From UHGV virus genome UHGV-0238106: 35,795 nt of DNA; one strand, 5' to 3'. Positions within the stretch are counted from its first letter, which is position 1. Every line of letters begins with the position of its first letter. Positions 16,907-27,141 of the stretch are shown in pieces. The position numbers and the translations under genes are program-made. The notes beneath the pieces were generated by a model. It was not told the DNA's origin. It saw only the letters and a list, made by a program, of their open reading frames with translations, and did not search any database. This stretch comes from a virus.

Positions 16907-18665
16907 CGTTAACAACCACATCCCCTATAACTTTTGCTTTGCTTATCATTCCACCGCTCAAACTTATATTTTGTTCTATTAAATATCCTTTTATTTTATA
17001 CCCTAAATCAGTTTCGACAGTTACAACATCACCTGTTTTTATTGTTCCGTTATTTATAAATTCGAACTCAACCATGTAAGGAACATTCACATAGTATTTT
17101 TTTATGTTTTCAATAAATTCATTGTCATTTCCGTTATCGTCTACACCATGGAAAATTAATGGATCAGAATCAATTTTTATTACATTTTCCACTTGGTTGA
17201 TTTTATTACTTATATTGAAAATACGAAATCCTGCATTATCTGATTCCATTTCTATAATTTGGAATATATATGTAGCGGTTTCAGCAGGAGTGAAATAAAA
17301 GCAATATAATCCATAATCGTCTAAATAAGTCCATTGACTATCTCCTGATTTTTTGTATCTTACATATTCAATTGGTTTTGAAGATGCTATTTTAGTCTTT
17401 ACTCCTTTTATCAAGTCAAGTCTAGTAAGATCTTTATACTTATCGTCTTCACTTTGGTCATGGATTTCATAATCATAACAATGCAATTCAACAGAAGATG
17501 GCGACTCAATTAAACTTACTTTAATTTCTCCGAGAATATTATTTAGGTTTATTTCTGATGAAGATTCATTTTCTATAATTCTGGAAACTTTTATAACGCC
17601 ATCTCTAGTGTCATTCACACTTGCACATGAGCAAAAAGCTATTGCTTGAATTACTTTTTTATAGTCTCCATATGGTATAGTTCCAAACAATGGAGTTGTT
17701 AAGTTTTCAGACACACTATAACTTAAATTTGAATAAATATCTGATGTATAATTGTCAAATAATTTTTTAAGTGCTGAATAAACAGTATCACCTTCACGAT
17801 ATGGTATTTCTATTGGATTCAAACAAAGCCATCCGTCATAGCAAGTTATCCTTGAAAGTATACCAATTGGTGAAATCAGATTGAATTTTATTACATTTTT
17901 GATAGATGCGTCCCATGTGTCAAGGAAAAATAACCCAAAATTATATTCTGTTCCATCACAATCAACATATAATTTTATTTTTTGGTTTTTACCTAGATAT
18001 CTAAATGGCCCATTTGGATCTAGAGCATTAAATTCATTTTTTTCTGAATAAACACTAATCTCGCAAGTATTTGTTTTTATTTCTTTTGATATTGGATTTA
18101 CATTTTCAGTTATTTCACAAGAAATAACCTCATCATCCCAGTTATAAATTTTACCAAGATATAAATATTGCATTTTTGTAAACATGCCTGGGAATCTAGT
18201 ACTTTTAAATTTAATAACAATTTTGTTAAATGATTCAGCTGAAATATCCGCCGTATAATATCTATAATCAGGATATAAATCATAAGATTTTATGATTTCA
18301 CTATCTTTCATGTAATCTACACTTATTTGATCAAGAAAATCAATATTCCCAAAATCGAATGTAATTCCATATATGCTTTGCGTTTCTGCTAAACTAACAA
18401 CTATTTCATTAGTAGAAACGCAATTTTCATCAGATAAGTTTTTGCTGAAATAAGAAAGGTCATAACTTGAACTATTAAAAGTTTCTAAAGTACCGTCTAG
18501 AACATTTATATTATGTTCTAACGTCATAAATGGTGTATATTCAGCTATATTTGTTTTTAATTTTGATATATTACAAAAATCACTATTATTGTCTGCAGAT
18601 AACGTTGCATTTTTTAAAGCTGATTCCTCAGCTAACTCAAACGAAGCCCTAACAGATGTTTTCAA
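16896..18665 (-). CDS. Tail tip / baseplate hub protein
   Basis: 589 aa, two genes downstream of the tape measure gene; C-terminal GDVVTVET...G.LIEQNISLSGGM. Confidence 0.7.
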   Translation of the reverse strand: MKTSVRASFELAEESALKNATLSADNNSDFCNISKLKTNIAEYTPFMTLEHNINVLDGTLETFNSSSYDLSYFSKNLSDENCVSTNEIVVSLAETQSIYGITFDFGNIDFLDQISVDYMKDSEIIKSYDLYPDYRYYTADISAESFNKIVIKFKSTRFPGMFTKMQYLYLGKIYNWDDEVISCEITENVNPISKEIKTNTCEISVYSEKNEFNALDPNGPFRYLGKNQKIKLYVDCDGTEYNFGLFFLDTWDASIKNVIKFNLISPIGILSRITCYDGWLCLNPIEIPYREGDTVYSALKKLFDNYTSDIYSNLSYSVSENLTTPLFGTIPYGDYKKVIQAIAFCSCASVNDTRDGVIKVSRIIENESSSEINLNNILGEIKVSLIESPSSVELHCYDYEIHDQSEDDKYKDLTRLDLIKGVKTKIASSKPIEYVRYKKSGDSQWTYLDDYGLYCFYFTPAETATYIFQIIEMESDNAGFRIFNISNKINQVENVIKIDSDPLIFHGVDDNGNDNEFIENIKKYYVNVPYMVEFEFINNGTIKTGDVVTVETDLGYKIKGYLIEQNISLSGGMISKAKVIGDVVVNDGV

Positions 18666-19060
18666 GATACTCTCCTCCTGTTAGGGAGCTTTGCAACTAA
18701 TTCGCATGACAACCCATTAAATTGACGTTCATATCCATTATTTGGATTTGCATAAATAATTTCGTCACTAACATCAGAAATATATCCTTTAAATGTCATC
18801 ATTTCTACCGTATCGGCTATAGTTATATCATGGAATTCCGTTGGCTCTGTCAATTTATCCCATAAAATCTTATATCTTTCGGGTTCATCATTATACGCAA
18901 ACGTTAATGAATAGTTGTAATATGTGCCTATGACTTCTCTTCTTAAATCTCCGTCGGCCGTTCTTCTTGCGTACTTATCTAAAATATTTGCTTTTCTGTT
19001 TATTTTAGTAAGCATCACGCCAAATTTATTCCCATCAATTATTAAAAGATGTTCTGTCAT
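18662..19060 (-). CDS. Distal tail (Dit-like) protein
   Basis: Directly after the tape measure gene; ILDKYARRT.DGDL.REVIGTYYNY. Confidence 0.65.
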   Translation of the reverse strand: MTEHLLIIDGNKFGVMLTKINRKANILDKYARRTADGDLRREVIGTYYNYSLTFAYNDEPERYKILWDKLTEPTEFHDITIADTVEMMTFKGYISDVSDEIIYANPNNGYERQFNGLSCELVAKLPNRRRVS

Positions 19061-22000
19061 ACATAAACACTTCCACTGATCATATTATCACCTATTCTAG
19101 AATTTTCTTTTTTAAGTTCGAAATGCAAATAGGAAATTAATTGAGAAATATCCCCAGACGCTTGAATAACAACATTATTCATGCCCTTGTTGTCTATTGC
19201 TTTATTAAATGCCTCTATCATTGTATTTAGCGGAGTTTCGATATTAGTTTGGCCTTTAGGTTGATCATTAAGCCATGCTAAAAATGGACTGCTTCCATCT
19301 AGGACCGCTCCTTGAGCTAATTCTGGTATTTCAGGAAGTTGTAAAAAACCTGCAGGGATGGTAGGTATTCTCGGAAGATTAAGTTTAAACTCATGCCCTC
19401 CAAGCCAATCAGGCAACTTGAACCCAACTTTATTAATTGAGTCTATAGCATAGTTAATTCCTCCTACAATAAAGTTCATAACAGTGCGTAGTGCACTTGA
19501 TACTGTATTCATCGCACCTATCAATGTGTTAAGTATACCTATTACAATGTTGACGGAACCTTTCCACATCCTGTCCCAATCTCCAGAGAATAGGCCACCT
19601 AAAAAGTCCATCCAACCTTTGAAATAAGTTTTAAGGCCGTTAAATGTTTGTTTTAAGTCATCAATTGTTTTTTTAGCGTTTTCCCATGCATCATTAAAGT
19701 AATCTTTCATTTCATCCCAATGTTCAGAAATACCAATAATTGCAGCAATAACAAGTCCAATACCTATTACTACTGGTGTCCAAGGGTTCGCAAGGAGCGC
19801 TGCATTCATAGATAAAAGTGCAGTTACTAATTTTGTTGATATGACAACGGCTAATTTGCCAAGTCCTACAGTAATTGCTGCCGCTGATATACCTATCAAA
19901 AATTTTGATATAAATTCAAGCATTGGTTTATTATCTCCATCAGACAACCAATTTGCTAAGTTTTCTAATCCATCTTTTAAGTTATCTAAAAACTCATTTA
20001 TTTTAGACCCAGCCCATGTAGCAACAGGCTGTAAAAAATTATCATATATAAACTTTAAATCTTTTCCAACTTGCCCAGCTATTGGCTGAATAACTTTAAG
20101 CGCAGCATTAAATACATCCAAAAATCTTGGAAGAGCTTCTGAAATAGTCCATGTTGCAAACGGTGCTAACACATTTTCATATATCCACCATAATCCCTCT
20201 GATATACCTGGTCCAAATCCCGAAAGTGTGGCTTTAAGTCTTTCAAAAGAATCAATAAGATTAGACAAATCAATATTTTGAAATGGCGCTTTTAATCTTT
20301 CAGCTATTCCATTCCAAAATGCTGAAACTTCATCATCAACTTTTTTAAATGATTCTCTATCTATACCAACAGAAACTTGATTGCCATTATTATCATTTTG
20401 ATTAGCAGGGCTTTTTTCTAATCCTTTATCTATATTTAAAACTTCGATTTTATCAAACGAAGCTAGAACGTCTGCCGTATTTTTCGCTTCTTTAGAGACT
20501 GATTTTAAACCTTTTTTTTGCTTTTTTGTTGATGAATCAATTACTTTACTTATCTGCTGAGCTGATTTTTGGCTTTGAGATAGTGTTTTACCGAACAAAG
20601 CAGATATAAAAGTAGCAAGTTGTGAAGAAATCCATGACAAAAACTTCCCAAGTTCCCTTAGCGCAGGCAATACTGCTTCATATATTGGTGCGAATGCTGT
20701 TAACAAATTTGCTTTTATTTCTTGCAAAGATCTTGATAAGTAATCGTCGCTTTTAATTAATGAAATTAATCCTTCGGATAACTTTCTAAACCCAGATCTC
20801 AAGATATTAAAAACAAAAGCTGCTTTTGCTAAATTTAAAACTCTATTTGAAAATCCTAAAACAGATTTACCAGCATTTTTCATTCCATCAGATATCCTGC
20901 TACCAAATCCAGAAAAACTTGTGCTTGCATTTTTTATTGTATTAGCCAAATCTGATTTTAATGCACTACCAAGTCCAATAAGTGAATTTCTAGCCATATT
21001 ACCAAATTTCCCAATTGGCCCACTAATTTTTCCAAATCCAGATTTTAATGCGTCTAGTGCATAAGATCCGTATTTTAATCTTATATCTAATCCTTTAAGA
21101 CCATCTTTTAAATTTTTTATACTATCGTCGAATGCTGTCGTCCTTACATTTTCTAATGCTGCTTTCAATTTTTTTATATTTTCTTCTGAATTTTTAGTTT
21201 TTATATTTTCTAAAGCTTTGCTTACTTCTTTTAAATTTTCAGATTTTATATTTCCAACTGTATTCTCTAAATTTTTAATTTCATTACCTAAATCTGATAA
21301 ATCTTTTTGCGACTTACCAGTATTTATGGCATTTTCTAGCCTTTTAAATTCCCCTTCTAGTTTTTCAGTTTTTATACTGTCAACCATGTTCTTTAGGTTT
21401 TTCAATTTATTTTCAAACTTAACTGCATTTATTTTTAATAGTGCATTTATTAATTCGGATATTTTTTCTTTGGTTTTTTCTAACCTTATTTCTTCATTTG
21501 CTTTTTGTATCTTTTTTAATTTTTCTGCAAACAGTTCAGCTTTTATATTATCTAGTATACTTTTTAAATTTTTTAATTTTGATGATAATGTATCGACTTT
21601 TATTTTTTCAAGTATTTCTTGTATCTTTTTTAATTTTGATGATATTTCCAAACTTTCAATTAATTTTTTAGATTTATCAATATTAGAATAATTAAGTTCC
21701 AATGCATCAGATATATTTTTTAATTCTTTAGTTATTTCTGTAGAAGATTGATTTGTATTTTCAATTTCTCCCTTTAGTTTTTTTATTTTATCAGCTATAA
21801 GATCTAAGTCCATTTCAAAATGCTTTATCCTAGTTTCTTCTTCTTTAGAATAAATATTCATAGCAGAAAAATCTGTGCTACTTTTAAATAGATCCAATTT
21901 GTCTTTTATTTTTTGATATCTATTTTCTTGTGTTTTAAGTCTTTCGTTTAATGCATCTTGCTGTCTAATAAGATTACTATTTTGTTTTTCATATTTAGAT

Positions 22001-22131
22001 TGGCTTTTTAATAATTGTTCTCTTTCTTTTGATAATTCTTTATAGGCATTTTTTTGATTTGTCAAATCTTTTTCTATACTAGTAGAATCTACTACGGCTT
22101 TTATTCTTATTTCTCCATCATATTCTGCCAT
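19057..22131 (-). CDS. Tail tape measure protein
   Basis: ~1020 aa; MAEYDGEIRI start, long coiled coil, Trp/Phe-periodic repeats, C-terminal IPELAQGAV. Confidence 0.9.
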   Translation of the reverse strand: MAEYDGEIRIKAVVDSTSIEKDLTNQKNAYKELSKEREQLLKSQSKYEKQNSNLIRQQDALNERLKTQENRYQKIKDKLDLFKSSTDFSAMNIYSKEEETRIKHFEMDLDLIADKIKKLKGEIENTNQSSTEITKELKNISDALELNYSNIDKSKKLIESLEISSKLKKIQEILEKIKVDTLSSKLKNLKSILDNIKAELFAEKLKKIQKANEEIRLEKTKEKISELINALLKINAVKFENKLKNLKNMVDSIKTEKLEGEFKRLENAINTGKSQKDLSDLGNEIKNLENTVGNIKSENLKEVSKALENIKTKNSEENIKKLKAALENVRTTAFDDSIKNLKDGLKGLDIRLKYGSYALDALKSGFGKISGPIGKFGNMARNSLIGLGSALKSDLANTIKNASTSFSGFGSRISDGMKNAGKSVLGFSNRVLNLAKAAFVFNILRSGFRKLSEGLISLIKSDDYLSRSLQEIKANLLTAFAPIYEAVLPALRELGKFLSWISSQLATFISALFGKTLSQSQKSAQQISKVIDSSTKKQKKGLKSVSKEAKNTADVLASFDKIEVLNIDKGLEKSPANQNDNNGNQVSVGIDRESFKKVDDEVSAFWNGIAERLKAPFQNIDLSNLIDSFERLKATLSGFGPGISEGLWWIYENVLAPFATWTISEALPRFLDVFNAALKVIQPIAGQVGKDLKFIYDNFLQPVATWAGSKINEFLDNLKDGLENLANWLSDGDNKPMLEFISKFLIGISAAAITVGLGKLAVVISTKLVTALLSMNAALLANPWTPVVIGIGLVIAAIIGISEHWDEMKDYFNDAWENAKKTIDDLKQTFNGLKTYFKGWMDFLGGLFSGDWDRMWKGSVNIVIGILNTLIGAMNTVSSALRTVMNFIVGGINYAIDSINKVGFKLPDWLGGHEFKLNLPRIPTIPAGFLQLPEIPELAQGAVLDGSSPFLAWLNDQPKGQTNIETPLNTMIEAFNKAIDNKGMNNVVIQASGDISQLISYLHFELKKENSRIGDNMISGSVYV

Positions 22132-22732
22132 TATTTTCACCACCAATTAAATTATAAAATTCATCTATTAATTTATTTTGTTCAGGGGTGTAAACTTTTT
22201 CTACATTTACTTTATTTAATTCAAATTTTCTTTTTTGGCGTTTAATTTCAGCTATTGCTTCTTTCCCATAATGTTTATATTCAGACGGCTTCATCATTCT
22301 TATATTTACGACTTCTCTAAATGCAGTTTTATTTAAATCATTAAATAAATAAATAAATTCAAACCAATGCAATTTCTTTTCAGTAGCTAAATTAATATTG
22401 TATTTTACTTTGAAAGCAGAATAAATCCTTGGCGCATCAATTAAAAAGTCAAAATATTCTTTGTTATCTTTATTTGAATTGTCCTCTTCTTCATTACCAC
22501 AATTTAAAAACCATCCAAGGCCCTTTAAAGCCAATTCAAACGGTGGGATACCATTACCATATAGCATAGTGAACGCCGTGTAAATCTTTTGAATTTTGCT
22601 ATAATCATCATTACCAAATAAATCATTTCTGTCTTTTAAACATTCACTTATAAATATACCATTAAAAAACTCAGGGTTAATTAAATACCCTTCATATTCT
22701 GTCGGTAACCCATCAGTCAAAATATTAAACAT
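22118..22732 (-). CDS. Bacteriophage Gp15-family protein (tail assembly chaperone)
   Basis: NILTDGLP...FDFLIDA.RIYSAF..KYNINL...LHWFEF..LF.DL..TAF.EVV.IR. Confidence 0.82.
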   Translation of the reverse strand: MFNILTDGLPTEYEGYLINPEFFNGIFISECLKDRNDLFGNDDYSKIQKIYTAFTMLYGNGIPPFELALKGLGWFLNCGNEEEDNSNKDNKEYFDFLIDAPRIYSAFKVKYNINLATEKKLHWFEFIYLFNDLNKTAFREVVNIRMMKPSEYKHYGKEAIAEIKRQKRKFELNKVNVEKVYTPEQNKLIDEFYNLIGGENNGRI

Positions 22733-22734
22733 AA

Positions 22735-23178
22735 TTAACCACGACGTCTGTTATTTAATTTATTCAAATAATTGGACTTGACAGATTCTATTGATTTTAA
22801 TTTTTCGCCTGTAAATTTTTCAAGTAAATCTTGATAATTAATTAAAAATTCAAAAACAGAATCAGCTGTAGGATATTTCACTCCAAATACTTTTATGCAA
22901 GTACCATCACCAATGTATTTGTCTACTGTTTCGGCTATTTTCTTGTGAATTGATAATGATTTTTTTATTGAGTTTATTGTTTCTTCTATATTGTCGCTAT
23001 TTACTTCTGTATTTTCATTTGAAACTTCAGTTTTAGAATAATTTGAGATTTCTTGGACCATGTTTGTATAATTTTCAAGTAATTCAGAATCGTTCAAGTT
23101 TATTTCTATATACTCGTCATTATCATTTACTTTTATTTTTTTTATATAGCTACTTGATTTTATTTCTCCGTCAAACAT
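22735..23178 (-). CDS. Tail assembly chaperone
   Basis: Between the major tail and Gp15 genes; VDKYIGDGTCIKVFG; ends NNRRRG. Confidence 0.65.
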   Translation of the reverse strand: MFDGEIKSSSYIKKIKVNDNDEYIEINLNDSELLENYTNMVQEISNYSKTEVSNENTEVNSDNIEETINSIKKSLSIHKKIAETVDKYIGDGTCIKVFGVKYPTADSVFEFLINYQDLLEKFTGEKLKSIESVKSNYLNKLNNRRRG

Positions 23179-23250
23179 TTAAATCATTCCTTTTAATAAT
23201 TTTAAGTTTGTCCAGCCAATTTAATAATACTGGCTGGACATAATAATTGT

Positions 23251-23787
23251 CTATTCTGGTTTTTGTGTAGACCATGTATAAACAGGAGTTCCAGTTGTTT
23301 TATCGACTGTTACATATCCTTTTGTTTGGTCGCCTTTTCCATTTATAGTAATTTCAGTTGAAAGATAATCTTCAGCACTTCCGCCAATGTTTCCTATTGA
23401 AATACTAGCGCTTCTTCTATATCCAATATAATAAGCTTTATTAGCGGTTGGAGTTACATCATCAGCCTTATCTAATAAACAGAACCTAATATATTCAGTG
23501 TCAGAATTAGCTCCAACTGGAAGTTCATTGATTTTTTTTCTGATATAGTCGCATACTGGATCATCAGCAACGACGGCCGCAGAAATAGAAATCGACGGTG
23601 CATATGATTTTACAAAACTTGTTTTAGCGTCTTCAGCCACATATTTTAAAGTTTCTTCATCAGGGTTGAACTCTTCTGTGAGGTCTGTAACGCCTTCATT
23701 TATAAGAGCAAATGTTTCGCTACTTCCTGATTCAGACACAAGTAAAAGGTGTTGAACCGCAGATCTTTGTTGAGGAGTTTTAGCCAT
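23251..23787 (-). CDS. Major tail (tube) protein
   Basis: GVTDLTEEFNPDEETLKYV.E......VKSYAPS; position in the operon; hairpin follows at 23210-23239. Confidence 0.75.
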   Translation of the reverse strand: MAKTPQQRSAVQHLLLVSESGSSETFALINEGVTDLTEEFNPDEETLKYVAEDAKTSFVKSYAPSISISAAVVADDPVCDYIRKKINELPVGANSDTEYIRFCLLDKADDVTPTANKAYYIGYRRSASISIGNIGGSAEDYLSTEITINGKGDQTKGYVTVDKTTGTPVYTWSTQKPE

Positions 23788-23794
23788 TACAATA

Positions 23795-24283
23795 TCATCC
23801 TTTCTTATGATACATTAAATTTAAATCTATTATACTATCTTCAATACCATTTTTATTTTTATCAACCAATATTGCCCTATTTTCTTCCGATATTTCTATA
23901 ATGTCAATTTTGTCACTAACATACGGATATGATTCCAAAACATAGGTAGTGCCATCGGAATTTATTATAGTATTGCCCCCAAGCCACTCGCTTATAGTGC
24001 TTAGTAATGATTGTTTGCTAAGCCTTTCATCGGAATTTTTAGTAGCATATCTATAATGCATTCTAAAACTATATTTGCCTATATATGAGTTACCTATATA
24101 CTTTCTAAATATTTTAGCACCGCCGTTTGTCCCTATACCTATGCATTCATTGTCTGGCAACATATCATAAAACATTATATTTTTAACGGATTTAGGCAAA
24201 GCTGGGAAAGTTTTTATTAAATCAATTAACGACTTAATAATTAATTCTTGTTCTGAGTTACTAACTAATTTGTATTTATCCAT
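23795..24283 (-). CDS. Tail terminator / completion protein
   Basis: Synteny (immediately before the major tail gene); 162 aa. Confidence 0.6.
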   Translation of the reverse strand: MDKYKLVSNSEQELIIKSLIDLIKTFPALPKSVKNIMFYDMLPDNECIGIGTNGGAKIFRKYIGNSYIGKYSFRMHYRYATKNSDERLSKQSLLSTISEWLGGNTIINSDGTTYVLESYPYVSDKIDIIEISEENRAILVDKNKNGIEDSIIDLNLMYHKKG

Positions 24284-24671
24284 TTTTCACAACATCCTTA
24301 ACAAGTTTTACCCATTTATCTTGGTAGCGTTCTTTTGCTTTTTTATACCAAAAGCTGGTTGCATTTGGATGTCTATCTTTAGTATAAACAAGATCTTTAT
24401 TTATAACGTGTTTTTTACCACCTGGTCTAGCATATGTGCTTCCTCTTTCATCAACCATTACCTTACCATAATACTGGAACCTTGCATAAGGTCCATTATA
24501 CACAAGCTCAGTATTTTTATTCTCAGCATGTGCGGAATTAGACAAAGTTAAATCCAAAGCTGGAACATATTGTTCTGTATCTATTCTAATTTGATTGATT
24601 AGAGCAGCTTGGGCTTTTTTAATATTCCCATTTATTCTTCTTAAGTTAATTTTGAATTCAAAATCACTCAT
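24276..24671 (-). CDS. Neck protein (Minor_capsid_2-like)
   Basis: YVPA..LTL.NSA......LVYNGPYARFQYYG...HPNATSFW..KAK. Confidence 0.8.
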   Translation of the reverse strand: MSDFEFKINLRRINGNIKKAQAALINQIRIDTEQYVPALDLTLSNSAHAENKNTELVYNGPYARFQYYGKVMVDERGSTYARPGGKKHVINKDLVYTKDRHPNATSFWYKKAKERYQDKWVKLVKDVVKNG

Positions 24672-24680
24672 AAAATGCCT

Positions 24681-25094
24681 CTAACTCGCATATATTTCAA
24701 AATGTTTTAATTCGTCGAAAAAAGTCTTAAATTGATTGATTACAAAAACATCATCAATAGAGTTTTTCATTTCATTCAAATTAGCCTCTTCAATATTCGT
24801 ATAATCACCAATTATTACGAAGTCGGTATTATTTTGGATTGTAAACTTTCCAGATGATATATCCCAGCTTTTAGGTTTGGAATAATATATTTTTTTACCT
24901 TTGCTATAAATATACTTTCCTGTTTCATCTTCTGAATACTCAAATATTATTAATACACTAGTATTGCTATCTGTTTGGCTTAAATTAGGCACAGTTTGGT
25001 AATTTGGCTGAACTTCTACATTTTCTATTAAAGTTTTAAAATACTCATCTTTATCAGAAGAATAATTAAATAGAGTTATTGTCTGATTATACAT
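24681..25094 (-). CDS. Head-closure protein
   Basis: Probable ATG at 25094 (MYNQTITLFN...LKHFEI); synteny. Confidence 0.65.
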   Translation of the reverse strand: MYNQTITLFNYSSDKDEYFKTLIENVEVQPNYQTVPNLSQTDSNTSVLIIFEYSEDETGKYIYSKGKKIYYSKPKSWDISSGKFTIQNNTDFVIIGDYTNIEEANLNEMKNSIDDVFVINQFKTFFDELKHFEIYAS

Positions 25095-25095
25095 A

Positions 25096-25536
25096 TCACA
25101 CCACCCATGATGTAATATTATAATATTTCCCATCAATCATACATGGATAAAGCCAAAAATTAATGACGTTACCTATTTTTAAGTTAACTGTGGCTGAATT
25201 TAAAAGCTTTTCAGCCACGGCAACATTCTCATAAGTTTTTGAAACAGCACCAGCCGTTTCACTCTTAACTATTCCAGAAGATTTTTCATCAGAGATGGCA
25301 TTAATATATCTCTTATTAACTTTATCTATTTCGAAATATAGATCAGCAAGCTCGCAAGCACATTTTTTTATTTTAGAAACAAGTAACGGCGGGAATCTAT
25401 TTATTGTTATGTCGTTTACTCTATCAAATGTATATATAGAAACGGTGTTCTCTGCCTTTTCAGCGTATCTTTCAAAATCATCTTCACTTATAAGATTTCC
25501 ACCATTATTTTTATAAAACTCATAATCTATATACAT
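25096..25536 (-). CDS. Head-tail adaptor protein
   Basis: MYIDYEFY...G...F...A..A...V..YTFDR...IKKCACELAD...VKSETAGAVSKTY. Confidence 0.8.
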   Translation of the reverse strand: MYIDYEFYKNNGGNLISEDDFERYAEKAENTVSIYTFDRVNDITINRFPPLLVSKIKKCACELADLYFEIDKVNKRYINAISDEKSSGIVKSETAGAVSKTYENVAVAEKLLNSATVNLKIGNVINFWLYPCMIDGKYYNITSWVV

Positions 25537-25596
25537 ATTTATACCGCCTATTCTGAAATTGTTTTACTTGTCTTTCTTGCTGATTTTTTCAAAGAT

Positions 25597-25670
25597 TTAA
25601 GTGCATTTGTTTTGCTAACGGTATTTGCACTCAATGTTTTTAAATTTTCACCGTTAGCAGTTATTCCCCC
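25597..25670 (-). promoter_or_regulatory. Predicted -1 ribosomal frameshift signal (G GGG GAA + H-type pseudoknot)
   Basis: Slippery heptamer 25670-25664 and a 5-nt spacer. Stem 1 is GCTAACGGT/ACCGTTAGC; stem 2 is TTGAGTGCA/TGCACTTAA. The -1 frame is open to TAG at 25550-25548. Confidence 0.7.
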
Positions 25671-26032
25671 AATAGTGTAATTGCAATGTCTTTGTTCGAG
25701 GTTTCAACTGTCACTTTGCCCATATTTGCCTGTTTTCCAGGTGCAGTTACCGCATATGTTGCAGTTGTATTAGCTGGAACAGTGAAAGAAGCTTCGCCGC
25801 TTGAATTTGTTGTTTTTTCTTGACCTGCAAATATTACTGTTGCATTTTCAATTGCTACAGGTGATGAAGCGGTATCATCTTTTACAGTGAATTTGGCAGT
25901 GTATGTTGTCATAGCTCCAGAAGATGGAACAACAACAGAGAATGGGAATCTTGTAGAATTGTCTGGGTTCTCTGAAGTTATTGGGTTCGGTACTTCCCAG
26001 CCAATTCTCATTACTGCTCTGATGGCGATCAT
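25661..26032 (-). CDS. Major capsid protein exon 2 (end of HK97 fold + Ig-like domain)
   Basis: MIAIRAVMRIGW completes the capsid motif NLPQQD|MIAIRA. It is followed by a beta-rich FTVKD...IENATV...TTNSSGEASF domain. Confidence 0.85.
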   Translation of the reverse strand: MIAIRAVMRIGWEVPNPITSENPDNSTRFPFSVVVPSSGAMTTYTAKFTVKDDTASSPVAIENATVIFAGQEKTTNSSGEASFTVPANTTATYAVTAPGKQANMGKVTVETSNKDIAITLLGE

Positions 26033-26352
26033 CAATTGTGTTATCGTAAGGGCTTTTTATCCCCTACTTCTGTATATTGCTATACAGTTCGGCTCATATC
26101 TTCACATATTATGTGTTGGGCACTCTTGAACTTATTATATTCTCTAAAAGAGTTTCAAAGTCTGAGCTCTGAACCTTCGCTAACCATTTAAATTAACGCT
26201 TGGCTGCTGATTATCCAATCATTTTGATTTTTAAACATTCACGCTTATCGTTTCCAATTACGTTGTAGTTCAAAATGCTCTAAGGTTTTTCCAGCAGTTC
26301 ACCCAATTTATACAGGACAGATCACTTAAGCAGCCATCAGCTCGTTTTGTTT
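26033..26352 (-). ncRNA. Group I self-splicing intron (320 nt, no homing endonuclease ORF)
   Basis: P1 ACAGGAU/GUCCUGU with U.G at the splice site. P element GAACUGCUGGAAA, Q element AAUCAGCAGC. P7 AGAGCUCA/UGAGCC after AAGAUA. Terminal G at 26033; P10 GUGAUC/GAUCGC. Removal fuses the exons in frame (386 aa). Confidence 0.92.
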
Positions 26353-27141
26353 ATCCTGTTGCGGTAAGTTATAAAGTAATTCTTTAGTGACAGGGTCATT
26401 AATGCAACCTTGATCAATAATTTTGAATGTTACATCTTGTCTAATTGCATATACTGCTTGTGAGAAGTCACCAACCATAAATTTAGCTCTAGTTTTATCC
26501 CATGCACCGTTGTCCATGAATAACTTAGGAATAGAATCAATTTCGGTTCCTTTAATTGGTTGTCCTGTACTATCTACAAGCATTCTGAAAGCTGATTTAA
26601 GAGCAACGCTTCCCATAATTGCACTTGGGTTAAAGTCGCTTTCTTCAACATATGCCATAGCGTCATTGATATCTTTATATAAGTTAGTAGTTTCTGTTAC
26701 TGTTGCGCCTGCATTTATAGCCGAGTCAATAAGTGACATTCTGAAATGTTGAGGTTTATCAATACCCATGATAATTGCTTGGTCAATCTTTTTGCCAAAA
26801 GCTTCAATTATTCTAGGTTTAATTTCTGCCCATAAATCTCTACCGCTATCAGCGAGATAATTTTCAGCTATTGGAACGATTACCGCTAATTCTTCAGGAA
26901 TTATGTACTTGTTTCTCCATGCCATAGACGTAACTCTTTTGAATGCTGTGTCACTTGTCTGCCAATATGCAATCGGAAGATTGTCAAGAACAGTCATTTG
27001 AGTTTGGTTGCTAGTCATGTCTGGAAGTCTTCTAAAATATTTTAATACTGCTGACTCTTTAACCGCTCCTTCTATGATTTCGTCCATTACTTGCGTTCTT
27101 ATTAACGCTTGAATATCTTGTTTTGTTATTTCGTTACCCAT
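26353..27141 (-). CDS. Major capsid protein exon 1 (HK97 fold)
   Basis: EIIEGAVKESAVL...PEELAVIVPI.E..LADS...WAEIKPRI.EAFGKKIDQAI..G...GDFSQAVYAIRQDVTFKI...NLPQQD. Confidence 0.9.

Noticed and set aside
22118..23178. Tail-chaperone programmed frameshift
   Set aside because: The two chaperone genes have separate stop and start codons 2 nt apart, and I saw no convincing slippery heptamer at the junction.
25661..27141. Capsid pseudogene or two independent genes, as the ORF track suggests
   Set aside because: The gap is fully explained by a group I intron whose removal restores the frame and a conserved capsid motif.
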